Assembly (NCBI GenBank): GCA_035708305.1 | Contig: DASSSU010000030.1 | Location: 9,649 to 73,648, forward strand | Length of the DNA stretch: 64,000 nt | Direction: 5' to 3' | Source: Minisyncoccota bacterium | GTDB taxonomy: Bacteria > Patescibacteriota > Minisyncoccia > Phycocordibacterales > DASSSU01 | Shown: in pieces, positions 57,313 through 64,000 of the stretch | Numbering within the stretch: position 1 is the stretch's first letter | How the letters are laid out: each line of letters opens with the position of its first letter | The notes under the pieces: generated by a model | Told to the model about the DNA's origin: nothing | The model's input: the letters and a program-made list of their open reading frames with translations, nothing else | Database searches by the model: none | Program-made: the position numbers and the translations under genes

Positions 57313-57684
57313 ATGCGGAGAAATGAAAGAAGTATTCCGGATGGCCTCACCCTGCGAGTGGTGGCGAGAATCAGACGCGAAGAACATCGCCGTTTTCGAA
57401 GGAAAATGCTTGCTTTTGGCATCGGATCTGCTGCTGCGCTTGGCGGAACGGTCTTTTTTGGTATGCGTGTTTTTACGCTCTTATCTCAGTCTGGATTTTC
57501 TCAATATTTCTCGCTTATTTTTTCCGACGGTCCCGAGATGGCAATGTACTGGAAAGAGCTTGTGCTGTCTTTGGTAGAATCACTGCCGATGCTCGGGATC
57601 ATTGTGTTTCTCGCACTCTTGCTTGCATCGGTGTGGATGGCAGCGGGCTTGATCGTGAACGCGCAAAAATTTGCACATTCTTAA
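57313..57684 (+). CDS. Putative anti-sigma membrane protein
   Basis: Directly after the ECF gene; basic N-terminus plus TMs; SGF..Y.SL..SD, ESLP. Confidence 0.6.
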   Translation: MRRNERSIPDGLTLRVVARIRREEHRRFRRKMLAFGIGSAAALGGTVFFGMRVFTLLSQSGFSQYFSLIFSDGPEMAMYWKELVLSLVESLPMLGIIVFLALLLASVWMAAGLIVNAQKFAHS

Positions 57685-57702
57685 AAATATTAAATTTTTT
57701 CC

Positions 57703-58251
57703 ATGAACCTGAAATTTCCGAAATTCTCTTCTCCGTCAGTCCGTGTTTCAGAAACCGCACGCGGCATCATGATCGGTCTGGTGGTGGCTATTTTCCTTTT
57801 TGCGCTTTTTCAGTTTGGTGTTTTTGTCGGCTATCAGAAGGCACACTTCAGCGGACGCTTGGGAGACAATTACCGAAAGAACTTTGAAAATGCACACCAG
57901 GGCGATCCTGGAGACTTTTTTGGTGGTCGCATGCTTCCGGGCGGTCATGGTGCTTCCGGTGAAATCGTCAGCATTGCCTTGCCAAAACTTGTTATTGCTG
58001 GCCCAAACAATCTGGAAAAAACGGTTGTGGTGAATGACGAAACTCTTGTTCGAGAATTTCGCAACGCGATAAAAACATCGGACCTGAAAGTCGGCGATCA
58101 TGTTGTGGTACTGGGAACGCCTGACGATCAAGGACAGGTGAACGCAAAATTCATTCGGGTTATGCCGCCACCCTCAGTTCCACCGACTGCACCGGAAGGG
58201 AGTTCTTCACGATCGTCTGTACAAGCACAAACGCTGTTACCGACAAAATAA
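57703..58251 (+). CDS. Membrane-anchored OB-fold (DUF5666-like) protein
   Basis: TM, GEIVSI, DLKVGD.VVV.G...G.V.A..IR. Confidence 0.65.
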   Translation: MNLKFPKFSSPSVRVSETARGIMIGLVVAIFLFALFQFGVFVGYQKAHFSGRLGDNYRKNFENAHQGDPGDFFGGRMLPGGHGASGEIVSIALPKLVIAGPNNLEKTVVVNDETLVREFRNAIKTSDLKVGDHVVVLGTPDDQGQVNAKFIRVMPPPSVPPTAPEGSSSRSSVQAQTLLPTK

Positions 58252-58283
58252 AAAAATAAAAAAATCACTACTCTATTCAACTC

Positions 58284-60008
58284 ATGAAAACACTTTTACA
58301 AAAAACGAAACTTTGGATTCTTTCTCATAAAAAAATCGTTATTCTGGCGCTGGTGGTTATCATTGGCACAGGATACGGCGCTTCAAAAGTTTTGGGAAGC
58401 GGAACACCGGCAACGAAATATGTCCTTGCTGCCGCTACCCGCGGCACTATCATTTCGAGTGTGACTGGCAGTGGGCAAGTTTCTGCACAGAATCAGGTGG
58501 ATGTAAAAGCCAAAGCCTCGGGAGAAATTTTGAGTCTTCCTGTCCAAGCAGGCGAAACGGTGGGGGAAGGCGCGCTTCTCGCTTCACTTGATCCTGGCAG
58601 TGCAGCATATGATTTGCAAACGGCAAAACTCTCTTACGATCAGCTTGTGACCGTTGATCCAGACAAGCTTCGAAGTGCACAAGATTCTTTTTCTGATGCC
58701 AAGCAATCGCTCTCAGATCAGGAGTTGAGCGATCGTGCAACGCTTGAAAAGGCGGTTACGGATTTGTCTGACACCATGACCAGCCTGGATGAACTCTATC
58801 ACAAGGGCGATTATTTGGGTGCGGAAAGTTTCCAAAATCCTGATTTTGACCAAAATGCTCACACCCTTCGCGATGGGGCGCAACAAGACTGGTGGACTGC
58901 CGAAAATATGTTAACCGCTCTCCAGGCGAAATCTTCTTCGGTGAATGCAAACACGAGCGATGAAGAAATTGAATCATTGCTTGAGCAGGCGGATACAGTA
59001 GCGGCCTCGGTGGCAGAGGCGGCCAAATCCGCAAAAGATGCGGTAGCGTATGCGCGAAGCAGGGATGAACACAACAAAACCGCAGCGGACAGCGCTTACA
59101 CGAATGCTGTTTCACTTTCATCGACTGCAAACGGTATTGAATCCACGCTTGCTTCAGCGAAAAAGTCACTTACGGATGACAAAAGTGCGGTGGTAAATGC
59201 GCAGGATAGCCTTGCGGAAGTACAGGCGGGGCCAGATGCGCTTGATCTTCGTTCGGCCGATCTTTCAATTCAGCAAAAAGAGGAAGCCCTTGCGGATTAT
59301 ACCGTCCGCGCGCCGTTTGGCGGACTCATTGCGGAATTAGACGTGAAAAAAGGCGATACGGTTACGAGTGGGACCACGATCGCTACCATGATTACCAAGC
59401 AGAAAGTAGCGAATATTTCTCTGAGTGAAATCGATATTGCGAAAGTGAAGGTCGGGCAGAAAGCGACACTCACGTTTGACGCACTTCCGGATCTTTCTTT
59501 GACCGGAACCGTGGCAGAAGTCGATCCGATCGGCGCGGTCAGTCAGGGTGTGGTGAGCTACAGCGTGCAGATCACGTTTGACGCACAAGATCCGCGTATT
59601 CAGCCGGGCATGAGCGTTACGGCTGCGATCGTAACCGATGCAAAGCAGGATGTGGTGGAAGTTCCGATCAGTGCGGTACAGACGCAAGGGGGAACAAGCT
59701 ATGTTGAAGTTCCGCAGGGGAATGTTTCAAACGCTTCCGGCAGCGCTTTGGGCGGTGTTGCTCTTTCAATACCTCCGAAAAGAGTAATGGTTACCACCGG
59801 AGTTTCCGACGATACCTCGATTGAGATCATCTCAGGATTGAACGCGGGTGAAGAATATATCGCACGAACGATCGCAGCTTCAAGTGCGGGATCAGCCTCG
59901 AAATCATCCACTTCTCAGTCGGCACCGAGCTTGTTTGGTGGTGGGGCGGGGGCGGCCACGTTCCGTGTGGGCGGCGGTGGTGCAGCATTTGGACGAAGGG
60001 GAGGCTAG
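58284..60008 (+). CDS. MacA-like periplasmic adaptor with a long coiled coil
   Basis: GSGQV, ASGEI, RAPFGG, EIDIAKVKVGQ, PGMSV, EIISGL. Confidence 0.88.
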   Translation: MKTLLQKTKLWILSHKKIVILALVVIIGTGYGASKVLGSGTPATKYVLAAATRGTIISSVTGSGQVSAQNQVDVKAKASGEILSLPVQAGETVGEGALLASLDPGSAAYDLQTAKLSYDQLVTVDPDKLRSAQDSFSDAKQSLSDQELSDRATLEKAVTDLSDTMTSLDELYHKGDYLGAESFQNPDFDQNAHTLRDGAQQDWWTAENMLTALQAKSSSVNANTSDEEIESLLEQADTVAASVAEAAKSAKDAVAYARSRDEHNKTAADSAYTNAVSLSSTANGIESTLASAKKSLTDDKSAVVNAQDSLAEVQAGPDALDLRSADLSIQQKEEALADYTVRAPFGGLIAELDVKKGDTVTSGTTIATMITKQKVANISLSEIDIAKVKVGQKATLTFDALPDLSLTGTVAEVDPIGAVSQGVVSYSVQITFDAQDPRIQPGMSVTAAIVTDAKQDVVEVPISAVQTQGGTSYVEVPQGNVSNASGSALGGVALSIPPKRVMVTTGVSDDTSIEIISGLNAGEEYIARTIAASSAGSASKSSTSQSAPSLFGGGAGAATFRVGGGGAAFGRRGG

Positions 60009-60018
60009 AGAATCAAAG

Positions 60019-60729
60019 ATGATTGAAATTCAAAACATTACGAAAACTTACAAAAGCGGCAGTCTGGAATTTCAGGCGCTGAAAGGAGTTTCTTTTTCGG
60101 TGGAAGACGGGGAATTTGTTGCCATTATGGGACCATCTGGATCGGGAAAATCCACGCTGATGCATATCTTGGGAGCGCTCGATACGCCCACGAGTGGCAC
60201 GTACCTGCTTGACGGAAAAGATCTTTCCACGCTTCCGGACGATGAGCTTGCCGATATCCGCAAAGAAAAAATCGGCTTTGTTTTTCAGTCTTTCAACCTG
60301 CTTCCACGTACGAGTGTTCTTCGGAATGTGGTGCTTCCACTGGTGTATGCGAGGGTGGAAGATGGAGAGCGGAAGGAACGTGCCAAAGAAGCGCTGATGT
60401 CCGCCGGATTGGAAGAAAAATATTTTCATCATCTTTCCAATCAGCTCTCTGGAGGACAGATCCAGCGGGTGGCGATTTCCCGCGCACTGGTCAACAACCC
60501 GTCGCTTATCCTTGCCGATGAACCAACGGGAAACCTTGATACGAAAACTGGCTATGTGGTGCTCGATACATTTCAGCGGCTAAACGAAAAACTGGGACGT
60601 ACGATCGTACTGATCACGCACGAAGAAGAAGTGGCAGAGCACGCAGATCGGATTATTTTTATCCGTGATGGACTGATCGTCAAAGATTCTAAGGATCACC
60701 AGAAGCGCCGTGCCCGCGCGCAGATTTAA
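60019..60729 (+). CDS. MacB/LolD-type ABC ATPase
   Basis: [26 protein letters not shown]. Confidence 0.92.
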   Translation: MIEIQNITKTYKSGSLEFQALKGVSFSVEDGEFVAIMGPSGSGKSTLMHILGALDTPTSGTYLLDGKDLSTLPDDELADIRKEKIGFVFQSFNLLPRTSVLRNVVLPLVYARVEDGERKERAKEALMSAGLEEKYFHHLSNQLSGGQIQRVAISRALVNNPSLILADEPTGNLDTKTGYVVLDTFQRLNEKLGRTIVLITHEEEVAEHADRIIFIRDGLIVKDSKDHQKRRARAQI

Positions 60730-60740
60730 AAAACATCGCT

Positions 60741-61961
60741 ATGAAATGGAACGACATTCTCGCAGAAATTTATTCCGCACTGATGGTGAACAAAGTCCGC
60801 ACGGTTCTTACTATGCTCGGAATTGTCATCGGCATTGGGTCCGTGATCTCCATGCTGGCAATCGGGCAGGGGGCGCAAAATTCCGTGGAGTCAAAGATAC
60901 AATCCGTAGGGGCAAATCTGCTCCAAGTCATGCCGGGGGCACAGCGGACTCCAGGAACGCGGGTGGCTTCCGCCCGCGGCTCTGCGGAGACCTTGACGCT
61001 TGATGATGCCACTGCCATAGAAAGCGATCCGCTCGTGAAGGCGGTTTCTCCAGAACTTGAAGGGCGATACCAGATCGTAGGAAATGGAAACAACACCAAC
61101 ACGACGGTCGATGGGGTGTATCCTGCTTATACCGAGGTGCGAAATGTGACGATGGAGCAGGGTTCGTTCATCTCCGGAGAACACGTACAGCAGCTTTCGA
61201 AAGTCGCCGTGCTCGGTCCAACAGTGCGCGATGATCTTTTCGGTGAAAACGCTTCAGTGGTGGGGCAAAAGATTCGCATCAATGGCACGCAGTTTACGGT
61301 AATCGGTGTCACAGCGGAAAAAGGCGGTTCCGGTTTTGGAAGTCAGGATGATATGATCTTTGTCCCGCTCAGTACCGAACAGCGCTTTCTGGTTGGTGGG
61401 AATTATATCTCCACACTTGGTGTTGAAGTTGCCAAGGAAAATGACATGACGGAAGCACAGCAGGAGATCACCAATCTTCTTCTGAGCCGGCACAACATTG
61501 CCGATCCACAAAAAGCCGATTTCAGTATTTTGAACCAGGCGGATCTGGTGGCCACGGCTTCAAGTGTGACACAGACATTTACGACGCTTCTTTCTGCGGT
61601 GGCAAGTATTTCGCTCATTGTCGGGGGAATCGGGATCATGAACATGATGCTCACCACGGTCACGGAGCGGACGAAAGAGATCGGACTTCGCCGGGCGATC
61701 GGCGCCAAGCGAAAGGACATCCGCACGCAGTTTTTGCTGGAGGCCGTGGTGCTCACACTTTTGAGCGGCTTGATCGGCGTGCTGGTCGGAGCTGGAATCG
61801 CTTTTGCCATGTCGCACTTTGGGATTGTGGAAGCGCAGGTATCGCTGAGTGCGGTGATCTTGGCATTTGGTGTGTCAGCGGCGATTGGAATTATTTTTGG
61901 GTATTATCCGGCAAGACGCGCGGCGGAGCTCAGTCCGATCGAAGCATTGCGTTATGAATAA
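60741..61961 (+). CDS. MacB-type ABC permease
   Basis: RT.LTMLGIVIGI, GGIGIMNMML..V.ERTKEIG.R.AIGA, YPARRAA.L.PIEALRYE. Confidence 0.93.
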   Translation: MKWNDILAEIYSALMVNKVRTVLTMLGIVIGIGSVISMLAIGQGAQNSVESKIQSVGANLLQVMPGAQRTPGTRVASARGSAETLTLDDATAIESDPLVKAVSPELEGRYQIVGNGNNTNTTVDGVYPAYTEVRNVTMEQGSFISGEHVQQLSKVAVLGPTVRDDLFGENASVVGQKIRINGTQFTVIGVTAEKGGSGFGSQDDMIFVPLSTEQRFLVGGNYISTLGVEVAKENDMTEAQQEITNLLLSRHNIADPQKADFSILNQADLVATASSVTQTFTTLLSAVASISLIVGGIGIMNMMLTTVTERTKEIGLRRAIGAKRKDIRTQFLLEAVVLTLLSGLIGVLVGAGIAFAMSHFGIVEAQVSLSAVILAFGVSAAIGIIFGYYPARRAAELSPIEALRYE

Positions 61962-61972
61962 AGATTAAAAAT

Positions 61973-62458
61973 ATGAAATACAAAATTTGGGTGGTTGTTC
62001 TTGCGGTGGTAGTTGGAGGAGGGTTGTTTTATGGCGGTACAGTGTACGGAAAATCAGGAGGAGCGGTGGCGTCTTCGCGCAGCAGGTTTCAGCAGTTTTC
62101 GCGCGGACAATTCGCGTCTTCTTCAGCAATGGGGAATTTTGGCGGGCGCGGTGGCGGCGGGATGGTTGCAGGGCAAGTGCTTTCGAGCGATTCACAGGGA
62201 GTGACGGTCAAGCTTCCAACCGGCGGAACAAAACTGGTGTTTGTTTCCACATCCACAAAGGTCAGCAAGACGGTTGATGCGGCGCCAAGCGATCTTGCTA
62301 CCGGAACAAACATTGTGGTACAGGGAACGTCGAACTCTGACGGAAGTGTGACGGCAAGCACGGTGGAGATCCGACCGGCGGGAAGTGATTTTGGAATGCG
62401 AAATCCGGCCGCAGCGGGACAGTCGCAGCCGCAGCAGCCACAACAAACAGCGCAATAA
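61973..62458 (+). CDS. DUF5666-like membrane-anchored protein
   Basis: TM, Gly-rich linker, GQVLS, DLATG..IVV.G..NSDGSVTA..V. Confidence 0.7.
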   Translation: MKYKIWVVVLAVVVGGGLFYGGTVYGKSGGAVASSRSRFQQFSRGQFASSSAMGNFGGRGGGGMVAGQVLSSDSQGVTVKLPTGGTKLVFVSTSTKVSKTVDAAPSDLATGTNIVVQGTSNSDGSVTASTVEIRPAGSDFGMRNPAAAGQSQPQQPQQTAQ

Positions 62459-62535
62459 ATTCCCACTCACACAGACAGCACAGGTGAAGCGCGAGAGTCT
62501 GGGTGATTTTCTTTTTCTCTGCTAAGATAAAAAGC

Positions 62536-63228
62536 ATGGAGTGGAGAAAAGTGACCAAATTTTCCCAGGCAATGGCGATCCTTCTCGGAATTGTAATTTT
62601 TGTACTGGGAATCTGGATCGGGATGCAGATCGGACCGTCAGAAAGCAATTCTTCACAAGACAGTCTTTCGCATCATCTCACTGGAAAAGTGCCGGCGGCA
62701 AATTCACCCGAAGCGACCACAACAAAAACCACGGGCGCGGACGGAGCAGAGTGCTACCAAAACGCTCAGTATTTCGTGGTTTCCAAGCCGCACGGAGATT
62801 TTCCGGGAAATGATATTTTGATCAAGAGCAAAAGAACCGGTGAGAATGTTTCCTGCGAGTATGTGAAGGAAAGTGGGGATTTTGAAATCAGCCATTCTGA
62901 CGAAGCCGACTCCGTGCTTGCACTTACCGGGCACTTTCTCATCTTGGACAGCGGTACGGCACCGGATCCTCGGGGGCTCTCGGTGTATGATTTGCAAAAT
63001 GATCAGAAAACGTACACGGGCAAATATTCCAAGCCGGTCCAGGTTTCAAGTGGTTCTCTGACCTTTTGGGAACCGACAGATGCAGAGCCGACGGAAGAAA
63101 ATTGTCCCGATCTAAAGCAATACCAAACAAACGGACTGGGCGCAGAAATCGAAAAACAAGTTTCGCTTTCTCTGAACACCCTTGCTAAAGATGACCTCGG
63201 ACCAGAACGCTGCCAGGCTGTACAGTGA
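62536..63228 (+). CDS. Membrane-anchored hypothetical protein
   Basis: N-terminal TM (KVTKFS), LILDSGTAP..R.L.VYDL, four Cys. Confidence 0.75.
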   Translation: MEWRKVTKFSQAMAILLGIVIFVLGIWIGMQIGPSESNSSQDSLSHHLTGKVPAANSPEATTTKTTGADGAECYQNAQYFVVSKPHGDFPGNDILIKSKRTGENVSCEYVKESGDFEISHSDEADSVLALTGHFLILDSGTAPDPRGLSVYDLQNDQKTYTGKYSKPVQVSSGSLTFWEPTDAEPTEENCPDLKQYQTNGLGAEIEKQVSLSLNTLAKDDLGPERCQAVQ

Positions 63229-63388
63229 TTTTAAAAACAACAGGTAAAAACATAACCGATGAAAACACGAAACTAATTTTTTATTAAAAATAGTTTAACC
63301 ACTCCGCCTGCGGAGTTTTCGTGTATGTCAAAAAATAAATCATCGGTAGTGCTCTCGTGCAAAAACCCCCGGGGTAGTTCTTTTTATT

Positions 63389-63862
63389 TTACTTTTGCAA
63401 ATTTTTGATATCTTCCAGAATTTCGGCAACGTGCTCTTCTGGCTTCACGTTCTCGTAAATTTTGGCGATGTTTCCTTCGGGATCGATCAGGAATGTATTG
63501 CGGATCGTGCCCATGTAGTTTCTTCCCATGAATTTTTTCTCGCCCCAGGATTCGTATGCTTGGATCGTTTCGGTACTTTCATCGGAGAGGATAGAGAAGC
63601 TGAGGTGATATTTCTCATGAAATTTCTTGTGGGATTTGACGGAATCTTTTGAAACACCCAAAACCGCAACGTTTACATCATAGAGATCCTGCATAGCATC
63701 GCGGAAGCTGCACGCTTCTTTGGTGCATCCCGGCGTGTCGTCTTTCGGGTAAAAGTAGAGCACGAGGAATTTCCCCGCATAGTCAGAAAGCTGGTGCATT
63801 TCTCCATCCTGATCTGGAAGCTCAAACTCCGGCGCTTTTTGCTTTTCTTGTATTTTTTCCAT
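63389..63862 (-). CDS. bcp: Peroxiredoxin BCP/PrxQ
   Basis: LYFYPKDDTPGCTKEACSFRD, GVSKD, RNTFLID. Confidence 0.96.
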   Translation of the reverse strand: MEKIQEKQKAPEFELPDQDGEMHQLSDYAGKFLVLYFYPKDDTPGCTKEACSFRDAMQDLYDVNVAVLGVSKDSVKSHKKFHEKYHLSFSILSDESTETIQAYESWGEKKFMGRNYMGTIRNTFLIDPEGNIAKIYENVKPEEHVAEILEDIKNLQK

Positions 63863-64000
63863 AAATTTCATTATACCACATCGGTTTTTTCTTTTTTCGG
63901 GTAGTTTGAAACACTTGCAATTTTCTAAAAAGTGTTTTAAAGTGCGAACCGGTCTCAAAACAGTTCTTTGGAGGTTCCGATGAACTTGCAAGTATTCTGG

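Noticed and set aside
375-63652. Long antisense or overlapping ORFs in the track (e.g. 375-1226, 11979-13817, 29565-30347, 47899-49311)
   Set aside because: They are shadows of well-supported genes on the opposite strand and have no recognisable motifs.

Overview
A gene-dense bacterial chromosomal segment, most consistent with Patescibacteria/CPR (Parcubacteria-like). That assignment is inferred from gene content, a shortened RF2 and scarce Shine-Dalgarno motifs, not from a marker-gene search. The genetic code is standard (TAA, TAG and TGA all end intact genes). Core genes are iscS/nifS, prfB, ftsE-ftsX, pyrG, tRNA-Gln(CTG), dcd, pgl-gnd-zwf, pyk, bcp, ABC transporters and an ECF sigma/MacAB-type operon. 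Between them lie AT-rich accessory genes, surface proteins, glycosyltransferase/DedA clusters and several decaying genes (ddl with one in-frame TAG, DUF924 with frameshifts, NUDIX and cofE with apparent internal deletions). I saw no integrase, transposase, CRISPR array or rRNA. Three patterns stand out. (1) Small integrase-free cargo blocks sit right behind a gene and are closed by a diverged second copy of that gene's 3' end (nifS 1746-1774/4128-4156; dedA 43770-43844/45145-45219). (2) Many genes have a -10 box 6-8 nt before the start codon, which suggests widespread leaderless mRNAs. (3) A promoter-to-terminator structured leader precedes an ATP-grasp gene. All product calls come from motif recognition by eye; no database search was run.
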